A program made the translations under genes and the position numbers. Positions 11,201-23,200 of a stretch of 64,000 nucleotides of DNA are shown here, piece after piece (the stretch's first letter is position 1; every line of letters begins with the position of its first letter). The DNA is from Phoronis australis (taxonomy: Eukaryota > Animalia > Phoronida): NCBI GenBank assembly GCA_002633005.1, contig NMRA01000008.1:1586567-1650566 (forward strand), in the 5' to 3' direction. Below the pieces are notes generated by a model, which was given only the letters and a program-made list of their open reading frames with translations, had not been told where the DNA came from and made no database searches.

Positions 11201-14200
11201 GTGGTAAGTGGTCTAAGTCAAAAGATTTCTTTGACAAATGCAGGTTTTTACCAGCTTCTTTATGCCTGTGTTCATAACCAGCCTAATCTCTATTTCAGAC
11301 AGTGCCTTTCACTGTAAAGTGTGCAAAGTGCCATACTGTGGACGGGATTGTCAAGCCAATGACTGGCCTAAGCACAAAGAGAAGTGTAAACAGATGTAAG
11401 AGATCTTTTCATGTATTGTATGCTTTTATATCCAGCTAATGAATCAGGGCTTGGAATTTTCCACTTTTATGAGGATTTCCTCTTTTTTGGTTTTCACTTC
11501 CTCTTATTTGATCTCCAGTTTCTTCTTTTTTCATCTCTTTTATCATTATTTTGGCTTTGTTCATGCAAAAAGATATATTTCAGTTAAATTTTACAACACG
11601 AAAAAACATTTCTGTCACACAAGCCTATTATTGGAACGATACATCACCTGGAAAATTTCCCTTTTTTTGTCGTTGGTCATTCCAAACCCTGAATTGAATA
11701 TTAACGAGTCTATATATCCAGAAGATAAGTGACTGTCCCCTGTATACGACAGGCTTTGAATCTGCACGTGCAGTGCGTGCCATAAATAATCTTGACTACA
11801 TTAGCCATGATGACCGGTCAATACCCGTTTGCAATTGGTCACCATGACGGGAATTCCGCCTCCTCTCAGTCGTCGCTTAAGGGAATTGTGGGCTATTTTC
11901 GTGATTATATCTAGCAGGCACTGTACCACGGCCACGCCTCAAAAATAGGGTGATTTGAATTGGGTCCTGTAGGTGAAAATACCATACCTCTGTAGCATTG
12001 ACAGTTTTTGCTGGTGGAGATGGAACTGAGAGTTACCCGTTGTTGCTACTTTTTAATGAGACACGTGCATTTTGGTTCTTCGTCAACCTTTTTAGGGCAT
12101 CGTAAATATGCTGGTCACACTCATCCAACTTTATCAACAAGTAGCTGCCCAGGTTGTCATTATCAATATTCTTGTATGCTATTTATTATTAGTGTTAAGT
12201 TTTTGCTGATCCTGTGGTCATTGCTTGTTCGAATATGTTGCCGTGTCATTTCCAATGAGTTATGCCATTCTCCATCTAAAAGTATTCGTCGGCATGACCT
12301 CATTTCAACCCTGTGACCTCGGCTCAAGAGACCCATGGAGACTACACGGGCGTTTTTCTATCACCTGAATGGGTAGTCAACGCCACAAAGTCCTTGCATA
12401 TTTTTGGGAATGTTGCTTAAAGCATGCCAGCCTCTATTCAAGTCTACTCCCCAACGCTCAATTCAAATATCTGGTTATTGTTCTGTCATTATCATTATTA
12501 CTATGATTGTTATTGTTATTTGTAGACAAGCAAGCAAAACATTGGAGGGTGCTGCTCATTCCAACCGCGAAACTGTGGTAAGCCAATGACACGTTTATAA
12601 GAAGTGTATTGTGACTCACATGTTACTGTACCATTAATGCATTGTACGAAGTTTAACCAATCTGTGTTCTGCAGGATCACTTGTCAAGAGGTTACACTTT
12701 TGTGTCTCATTTAAACCCAAGTGATGGTCTTCCAGCACATAATAAAATGTTTTCAAAATAACCATAACCAATAACAATTAATGAAATTTGTGAAAATAAG
12801 TTTTGAATTTCTGGCAGTGCACCAAGAAAATAGCTGTCACAGTTGAACAGCACTGAATTTCACTTTCCCAGTAGTAATACGCTTATATATGTGTAGGGTT
12901 GTTATAAAATGTTCTCATTTCATTGAAGTCTATCTTTTATTGATTGTTGCCACTCTAGATGGGCTTGTGGACAATTTTAACTGAGAAGTGGAGCAGGTAT
13001 CTTTAAAAGCAAGATCACAATAGCACAGCTGAACTTTACAAGCCACAGTTGTAATGCAAGTCTTGAATATTAGTCTCTAGCTGCTAACAAGTTTTAACTC
13101 TGAAATATTGTCACATGCGTCTAGCATCATTATAAGTTATAACAAAAAACTAGGCTAAATCGTTTGAGGAGACATCAAACAAATATGGCACATAAGTATG
13201 CCGGGCAGGAACAATGAGAACATTTTTTTCCAAAACTAATGCACTTTTGTCTTTGGCATTCGTACCAAGTGATATCTTACGTTACCTAGAGGTTGTTTCT
13301 GATCAGAATTCGTCTGTGAAGTCCCCATTGATGCAGTCTCCCCGAGAGAGTGAACCAGTCGCTCCAGACACAAAACTCAGGATGGTGCGTAATGACCAGT
13401 CACCAGTTAACAGTCTTAAGTCGCCCGACAAAGACCAGAAGAAAAAGAAGTCGTCCAATAAGACAGGATCGCCTCCCACCAAGGGAGGACTGTTTACTGT
13501 TGAGGATGTGCCATCCCCTCCCAAGAGGGGATCGTCCACTGGCAAGGGAGGACCTTCCCCTGCCAAGGGAGGGACGTCTCCTGCAAAGAGAGGACCGTCA
13601 ACTGCCAAGGGAGACCTGTCACCCTCCAAGACGGAATTTAGAAGTCCATCCTCCCAGAATAGCAGGTCACCAAATCAAAAGCCAGGTAATTATATACTCT
13701 TGAGTAGTATGTTTATTGGTGCCTTATAAAATGAGTTTTGGCCATATCTGTAACAGAGAAAGGGGAAGTAATATATGTGTGTGTGTGTGTGTGCGTGCGT
13801 GTGTGTGCGCGGAAAAGTAGTAATCTTTTTTATTCTTAACACATGTTTTTTTGTTTGCCGTACCGTTTTCCAGTGTGTAAATAAACAAAGTATGCTGCTT
13901 TGAAAAGTTTGGTGACCGTTATTCAGTGGAAGAAACTGGCTCACAAAGTCTGGGACCCCTGCGAGTGACTATTACTTGAATAGAAAGGTTAGTGTTATGT
14001 TCTTTGGTGCAGATAAACAGCAGAAGTCTAAACAGCAAGTTGAGAGAAGTCACCAACCTTCTGCGCCAGTGTCTCCTGTTATGGCTTCTCACCTGGACAA
14101 ACTAATGCTACCTAGTGAGGGAACTTGTGACGTGAGTAGACGAATTTTGTGGCTTTGTGCGCTGCTGTGTTGAAAAACCTCTTAATGAAGTAGTGCAATG

Positions 14201-17200
14201 GTTGGTTTGGAAGTCTTCTAATATAGCAACTCGGCGTTCCTTGTGTGGATTTTGTATTTGTCTCAATTTTTAGCATTTTTGAGTACTTGAATGTATTTAT
14301 GTTTTGATATTTTCATCACATACAGGACACCCCAAAAGAACTCATACAAAACGACCCAAAATTCCCTGTCATGATGGTTGGGTGGAAGTTGAATTCATCG
14401 TAACACTAGTCTTCCCTAGTGACGGAGAATGAACAGGATAGTTAGTATGGTGGCTAAGCCAGTCAGCAATTAGAACTTTGCCACTGCAGTAATTGTCGGA
14501 CATTTCAGCCGTGAAAAGAAATTAGTCGTAATGATGAGGGAAATTTTGTTGATTACTTTTGTCTTGTAGTGCACTACTGCTTTCTTTTCAATATGGAATA
14601 CATTAATGTATCCGGATGATTTGATAGTAACCTGTAAACATTTTAGTAGTTAATTGGTCATATTCGTTACTCTGCTCCTTTGTTTCACATTAGGTGATCG
14701 TAACAGACTTTGATGACCCGCAAGCATTCTGGATACAAATTGTGACTCAAGAGAATATTTCTGAAGTGACAAAACTGACTGAGGAGCTGAATAAGGTATG
14801 TGTATCTGAAATGTACATCACATGACTGGTGAGTCCTGTTGTTCTTGTAATAATAGGTGTTGAGAATTTTATTTGACAGTCTGGGCTGCATTCTGTTGAA
14901 TAGGAACACTCGTAAAAAATCTTCGTTTTTGAAACGAAAATGTTGAATTATATCCCGTATTTCAGCATTGTTACCTCTCTGACCAATCATTCAGTAGCTG
15001 CCACTGAACTAGGTTTCGTGTGTAAGGTCCAGTGCATACTCGCCTTGAGTCGCAAGATTTGCTTTTTCACCAAGTTCTTGCTTCTACGGATCACACTCCT
15101 GTATTAGGAAGTTATTGGCCAGCATCAGCCTCTGAATTGTGGATTCTCATTCAAGACTCAAGTACTAATAACCAGTAGTCCGACCTTGAACAAGACACAA
15201 TCACTATGTATTATAACATAGTGTGCAGGTCTTGACTTTGCGACCTGCTGGTTGTCAATGAGACATCAGATTTTGTTTGACATCCTGGTAAAAATCCCAG
15301 ATAGAAGTCGGAATCGTTCAGCATAAGTCAGTTGTACCCAAGGGGGAAATTGTTCAAGTGGAAGTCACCTAGTACACAGAGACTCCTAATTTTCTGTGCG
15401 AGCAAAAAGTAATGCTCTCTGGGGGACCTTGAGTGTGCTGGCCCTTGTCAACTATGTCTCTAGCCACAGGTCCTGATTGGTGATCTGGGAATTTGCCAGG
15501 TCCTATATGGTGAGTTGACATTGTGCTAAGCATCAGACCCTGGTATGTATTTACATAAGGATAATGGCACACTTGTAGTACTACCTTCTTTGTAATTAGC
15601 CTGGTGCCTTATTGCTAGGCTGGATTGTCTTCTAATCTTTGAGTCATGTTGCATTAAGATGCCAGCCAAGGCCAGAGAATGGATTCCTTATTACATGGCG
15701 ACATTATGTGACAAAATTAGCTCTCTTGAAATTCTGTGACACTTTGAGAATTGTGTGACTAAGTGTGAGCCAAGGAGTTAGTGGTAAGGTTTTGTTGGGT
15801 TTACTGTTATTTGTGCTGCATCAGTCGGCGGCTCCTTTTTTCATGATTTGTGGAATTGTGGGAATTCATCGTTGTGTCCCACATTTGTTAAAAGCAAAGT
15901 TGATGTCACACATGGACAAAGGCTGTGACAATTGAGACTTCCCTGGGACATTTTGAAAATTTTGAGATGTGACAAATAGTCATTAAACACGAGTCCATTC
16001 TCTGTAAGGCCAAAGGTCATGCTGAATCAAATTTGTTTCAAAAGTGACTTCAAAAGTGACTTATCATTCCTGCGTGTTTTAATATGTCTGTGTGTTTGTA
16101 GGCATACAACGAGAGTCAGCCAACCAGCCACCGCCCTGTGATTGGCGAGTTGTGTGCTGCCAGGTACAGCCAGGATCACAGTTGGTACCGTGCCCGCGTC
16201 GACAGTGTGATGCCTGATGGCCGACTGTCAGTCCTGTTTGTTGACTATGGCAACAAGGACGTCGTGCCTGTGGGGGACACGCAAACCATAGACACCCGGT
16301 TCACGTCTTTGAAAACCATGGTAAATATACTCTCACAGAATCTTTTTGGGTATCTCGTCTCTCACAAAGGAAAACTAATGACTAATTTCTTCTTCACTTT
16401 GAAATTTCAATTAATCTATCTCGGAAATTTACAGCTAGCGATTTATGTTTGTGTCTTCATAAGTGTGCCATGTGTGTGGCTGTAGTCAGTTGTTAATTAA
16501 ATTTTGGAAGTGAAAATGAAGTTAGTAGTCATTCTGATCAGCACCTTCCTGATAAAGCTGTTTACTGAATCAAGTGAAACGTAGTTTTGCATGGTCAAAT
16601 ATAGTCGCATGATCCCACATAGCTCCCAGGGTACTAACCTGATTGAACGTACTCCGGACCAGTTTTGCGTGGCTAATTTTGTGCAATGTTTTGCCACGCT
16701 ATTTTTATTGAATTTTTGTTGGCCTCTTTGAGTACTCTTAGTCACGCTGTCTCATTTCGTTTCCTCATCTTTCATCCGGTTGCGGAACCGTGCCAATTCC
16801 AGCGATTTTATTTCTGCACTTAAAATCACGATTTTATCATTTATTAAGCATGGTCTCAAGTATTAGCACTTACAAAGTGACTGATATTGTGAATTCATAA
16901 TATTTGGATTTCAAGACTTGGCCGGTTATGTCAATCAGTTACTGCTTGGTGATGCCAACTTCCTGTCCATAGAATCTTATCACTTGTTATTCAAATCAAT
17001 CTAACATGGCACCTACCAGTTTTGTAAGAAATGTATCCACTTATTTAACTAATTACTTTAACCTTTTCAGTGTCAATTTTATAGCACGAGACGTATTTCC
17101 TAGTGGCGATTAAATTTTTGAAGAAATTGGAGAATTTGGGTGCCCAAATAAAATGGCTATTAAGTCGTCATTTGCTATTCTGGCATAGAGTTCCGAATGC

Positions 17201-20200
17201 TTACATACATTGTGGAGCGATTGAAACTGCGTTTGTGTGTGAATCATGAACAATTTGCGATATACCATCATCGACAGGTACTGCCATAGCTCTGATTCCC
17301 ACAGTCAAGATAAATCGGCATCAACAAATCGCTGTGAATTTCAAAAAAAGCACTCGCATGTGAAACTTCCAAAAGGCAGCATTGGCAGTGAAAGGGTTTA
17401 TGTCAGTGTGTATTTGTGTAATTTTTAGTATACATGAGTATTATTCTTAATGATATGTGCAATGTTAAACTGTTGCCCAGATATAATGTTGATTCCATTA
17501 CCTGGGCAGTAATATCACTTACTGCCTTTCCTTATATTGATGAAATAAATTTTAAAACACAACTTTTGGTTCTTCCTAAACCCAGAATTGACTTGTTATC
17601 TGAATAAGGGACAAGACGAGACCAGTCTTGTAAAGGTGAGTACCTTAAATTAAATTTTTTTACAGGTTTAAAGCTAGAATGGAGCTGTATTAGGCAAACC
17701 ATTTATATGTCAATTTCTTCTACAGGCTATACGCTGTTCGCTGGATGGAGTCAAGGTGCCACCTGGTGGCCAGTGGCCGAAAGACTTTCTGCATGAGTGC
17801 CAAAACTTGCTGATGTGTGGCGAAACGTTTGTTGCCACTTTAATAGGGGACAGAGTAGGCAAAGTTGCTGTTTGTCTGCAATGTCAAGGTTTGTTATCCT
17901 CTGTTGAGTTATGCTTGCTCGTTGAATGTCATGTCATTGTGTCTGTGTCTTAAGAAAGTATTGAAACAAACATTATATCTCATTGAAAGCAGTAGTCACT
18001 CGCAGAGGTCCCACATTTTTAGAACCAGTTAGATGCGTGTTATTTAGTGGAGAAGACTGGTTCTCAAAGTGCGAGACCTCGGTAAGTGACTATTGCTTAG
18101 GGATTTATTATACCTCAATGTAACAGTTGCTACCTTTAACCACTGTCAAGCTCTCTACGCCCACAGCTTGTGCTTGGGATAAAGTAGTACACTGTACTTT
18201 ATATGGCTGGTAGCTTTTCCGCTTCATTTTACTAATTCTTAAAACTTGAATCATAAAACGAATTTCAGTGGAGACCAGTTACATGAAAACATTCCCAAAT
18301 GCTACTTTTTTTGCCCATATACTATGTATATGTATTTGTTGGTGCATAAAAACCTGCCATCTTTGCATCGGCCATTCCTATATCTCCATAACCCCTCCCT
18401 GGATTTTTGTGAATTTTCACAGATGTGTGCTATCACAGATGAGACAGCGCGAGCAAATTTTCGCATGAATTCAAATACTGCTCTGCCTAAGGATCATTAA
18501 AAAATTGGCATGGCATAGTGTTGCTACTGGAATAGCCCAGCTGATGATGGATTTTGGAGGGCTCCAACTACTGCAGCGTCCCCTAGTGGCAATTGTTTGT
18601 TTTGCACCCCTGAGTGTTTCTCCTGAACCCCTTGCACATTCTGTGATAAATTTGGTAATTGTCATTCCATTAAACATGACAACGACTTTCAGTCAGATCC
18701 CACTACTGCTCTGCCCTTTGTGGAAATTTGAGTTTTTATCACTGTTCTCTGTATCTTCAAAGTACCTAGACGGATGTTTCTGAAATGTTACAAGTAGGTT
18801 TCTATTTAAGGAATGATGACACCTCCCCATTTTCGTATGGATTTGACTTTTTGTACGCCACCTAGTGGTCATTTTTATTAGTTTGAAATCCGCCTCTGTA
18901 TCTGCCAAGCCTCTTTCAGGATCACTATGGAAGTTGGCATATGTCTTTCTGCTGGGAAGTACATTGCTGAATAGCTTGAAGAGTCTTATTGGCTGGTGTG
19001 TCCCTGTTGAGGAGAGCATTGCTAACTGCGCCCCCTAGAGGCTATTTTACTTGCATTGCTCCCTTAGTGAAAATGTTTGAAATAACGATCATTCTTTGTA
19101 TCTGCTGCTTGTGACGCACATTGTGAGCGCATAACATCCCCTGTGTTCCTCGTGTTCCAAGTTGCATCATTGTTTTGTTCAAGATAAGTACAATGTCATT
19201 AGAATGGCAGTTTAAATTCCATTTTTGAATTTGCGGTGGATGCAGAGCACTAAGAGAATGACTGCTGAATGAGAATGGAGGAAAACGTTATCTTCGAGTG
19301 GTTATTATAATTGAATTTCGATACCATATTCAAGCATCACATCACCCTGTTCCGAGTTCTACTTGCACACTTGCACATATTTCAGAGTAATGTCCAATCA
19401 AAATAAAGAGGCATGACATATCTCTGTTGTTGCCATTTTGTACCAGCTCACTAACTGCACGGTGATTTGCACATCTGTCTCATAACCTATGCTGGTCTGT
19501 TGCTTAGTGACCTTGGCACGTCTGCTGCTCTGCAGTAGCAGCAGGTCATCTTCTTGTTTGATGGCATTGAATCGTGTGCGGTCATATTTGTTCCGAATAG
19601 TGGAGACTTGTGTTAAAGTCACACTTGGCTCTTCTTTTCAGTTGAAAACTTCATGAAAGGAACTTTCAGCAAAATTCTACTCTGTCAACGCGTATTAAAT
19701 CAATTTCATTTAAAATAATTATTTTTTGAATTTCTGGTGCAGCACCAACAAAGTGGTCTCCATAGCTGAATGAGTTGAACTATCAGGTAATTTACTGTAA
19801 TTTATGAAAGCATTCGTATTTTAGTGATGTCTTTTGACCGATGAAACTCTCAATGTGATAAGTTAGTGAAAACAAAGGAAAGTGTCTTTAAAAGTGTGAC
19901 TGTGTGTACATTCATTTTTAGATGGGTATGATGTCCGAGAGAAGCTGAAACTGTTGGATACACGTGTAGAAGACGCCCCTCCATCATCGTAAGTAAAGAG
20001 ATTTCATTGAAGGTTATCCGTTACGCCAATTTTCGAAGGCAATTGTTTGTCTAATTTGAGCAATGTACAGGAATTGAATCTCGCCTCACAACTGAGAGAG
20101 TGTCATTCCAAAACAATTACATTACTCAGGTCCTAAGGAGAAAACCGTCCTAAATATCAATTCCGTGTTCAGTGTTTGAGTGTTCGAAGTGTGTCGTAAG

Positions 20201-23200
20201 TCGAAAGTAATTTTCTTCCCAATAAGTGCCCAAAATTGATGGTGTCTGGTGTCCTTGCAGACTGCTCACTACTGCCTGTGAATCGGTCAGATCATTAAAG
20301 TTCTTCACAGACCTGGTGCGGGAGGATGACACATTCGAGGGCTTGGTCACCGTCATTGAATCCCTGGACAGTTTCTGGGTGCAGGTGCCCTACAAGACCG
20401 ACGAGTTCCAGTCTATGGTGCAGACTCTTAATGAGGTCTATGGTGGTTTGCACGAGAACAAGACTTACAGGTTTGTGTGTTAACTTAATCATTTGCTCAT
20501 GCAAGTTTCTCTTAAGGGTACATTGAGCTCTGTTTAGGGGAATGATTGTTACCTTGGGAAATCATGAATTCAAACTATGATTTGTTATATGTTAAGCAGT
20601 GAAAACATGCCATAAGATCTTTGTATGTTTTTAGGCCCAACCCAAATGACGCTGTGTGTGCCAAGTTCTCTGTGGACAATCAGTGGTACAGAGGTCATGT
20701 GCTTCAGGTCAAAGGTGATACTGTTGATGTCCTGTACCTGGACTATGGTAACAAAGAGAGCGTCCTCTTCAAGGATATTCATCCTCTTGATCAGCGGTTC
20801 AGAGAAGACCCCACGCGAGCTGTCCACTGTTTCTTGCCTCGTGTTACTGAACCGGTCTCTACTGACGCTCTGGCTTACTTTGCTTCAAGAGTTAACGAAA
20901 GAATGATTAAAGTAAAAGTCGTGGAGCAAAGACAGTTGGACACTCGTTCTCAGCTGGGGGTTATGGTGCTTTTGGACAATGACGTGTCGCTGTTGGAGGA
21001 AATGGTGTCTAAGAAACTGTTGAAGCTGGATTGTGCAGCATGCGAACGCAACATTAAGATTGATAGTCTAGCCCGCTCAAGTCTCAAGGTTGGTCAAGTG
21101 ACCAATGTTATGATTACGCATGTGAACTCACCGGCTGATTTTTATGTAGTAAAGATGGACAGCGATTTCCTTGTCATGGTGCGCGGTCTGTTGGAGGATT
21201 TTGCTCAATCGAAAGCCCAAAGCAGGCCAGCAGTGTTGGAAGTGGGAGATGTGATCTCTACCTCCTACATGGGAGACCTGTGTCGAGCCAGCATTCTGGA
21301 GGTTGGGGCGGACTCTTGCAAAGTGAACTTCATAGACTATGGGAATGCAGACTTCGTGAAGTTGGAAGACGTGTTTGTTCTGGACTCGAAGTATGAGGAG
21401 TATCCAGCGTTTGCCGTCCGCTGTAGTCTGGACGGTGTAGATAACGCCAGCAATGAGTTTCAGGAGTACTTCAAACAGCTGGAAAACAGCCAGGTGCTAG
21501 TGTCTGCTGGGGCAGTTGACGGTGGCGCTTGTGTTCATTATGTGAACATGAAACTACTCGATGAAAGAGGAACAGTTGTGAACGATTTGGGGAGACCAAA
21601 TGAGTTGTCTCCTCCTGCAGCAACAAAAACAGAATCTCTGGTAAGATTTATATCTCATCAACTGATTGTCTGGCAGCAACAAACTGTATTAAAGGCGGAT
21701 TGCCATTACGATCATTAAAATCACATATTTTGTTCCTGCCCCCTTTTGGAGGAATAAGTATAACGCACATTGTATTATATTATCACTGTTTGTGATATTT
21801 GTTTTCTTTTGAGTGTTTATGCTACATAAGTGCATCCGTGGCACTGAGCTGTGTTAAGGATTCTGAAGCTGTATTGGCAAAGTCGGGAGTCAGAAATTGG
21901 TCTTCACGCTGGACATAACAATTACGAATAATAATTAAATCTCACTTGAGCAAACATGCAAAGTCTTTGAGAAGATACACATAAATGCTCATTATTTAGA
22001 TAACTTAGGTAAATAATTTCTAGACTGTGATATGCTGATAATTACAATGGCTAAACGTCTTCAGTTGCTGTGGAGTGGGAGCGTGACACCAAATTTCTGT
22101 CGTAGACTTTTGTAACTCTTTGCGAAATGAACCCCCAGGAGATGGTGGTTATTTATTAACTGCCCTGTGGTTTCATCGTTGTGTAGCCTTGTACTGTGTA
22201 ACTCACTTGATGTCCGTTTTTTTCAGTCTAAGCCAGCACAGGTGTTTATGCTGTCGGACATGCACCTAATTGAACTGAACTCTAAACAGGCGAAAGTCAT
22301 AGTGACCGATACCGTGAGCCCGATGGAGTTCCACTGTCAGCTGGCTGATCCAGACTGTAAGTCAATTAAATTTTATGCCCCTGCAAAAAATTGTTGGCTC
22401 CATATAGTCTGCATCAAACCGCAATCCATTCTTTGACGAGAAGGTGCTTGTCTGTCGATTTTTTGCGAAGTGGTAAATTTTGACATATCTTGGCATAGAG
22501 GTGTCTGGTGTAAATGTGTCGGCACTGGACAGTACTGTGTTGAAGTAGTCGTCTACCATTGCCTTTTGTCGGCCATTTTTAACAAGATTTTCCTCATCTG
22601 CTGATCATTGTCTTTGCCATTTAAATAATGCTTAACAGTCTCAGGCACAATGGTACAGCGATTTGCTGCTACCACAGTGCAGGTGGGTTTGAGTCGGCGC
22701 TAATTTCTGTAAAATTGCTTTTCTTGCTGAGAACGTCCGTTTGAATCTGTTTGCCGTCTGCTTTTAGTAATTGGTCAGTTAGACCAGCTGATGGAGGCTA
22801 TATCTGAGAAATGCCATGAAGACTCTCCCCTGGACAGTGTAGTTTCTGGACAGATGGTTACTTGTTTAATGATTGGTAAGTATGAAGGGGCTCACTCAAA
22901 GCTCATTAATTTTCGCTAAAACACTCTTCAAGGGGCTGTGAGATAAGGTGCTCTGTTCAACAACTTTTGAAACAAAGTCCGTGATCCTTCGCAAGACCTA
23001 GCTATAATTAACTGCTGGATTGTCCTTTTCGGAATCTCAACTATATGAAACATGGCAACCATGATTGGTATCACCAACAAGCTCACAAATCAGTGCAGAG
23101 ATTGAAGTTCGTCATTCTAGGGAGGAATGTGTGAGAGGTTTAGCACGTCCTGAAGAGACAAATCGGCGAATGCTGTTCATTCAAAAGTGATAAAAAGTTT

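Noticed and set aside
13303-13703. Overlapping ORFs 13303-13629 (-) and 13350-13703 (+)
   Set aside because: Shadow frames of the repetitive SP-rich Tudor exon.
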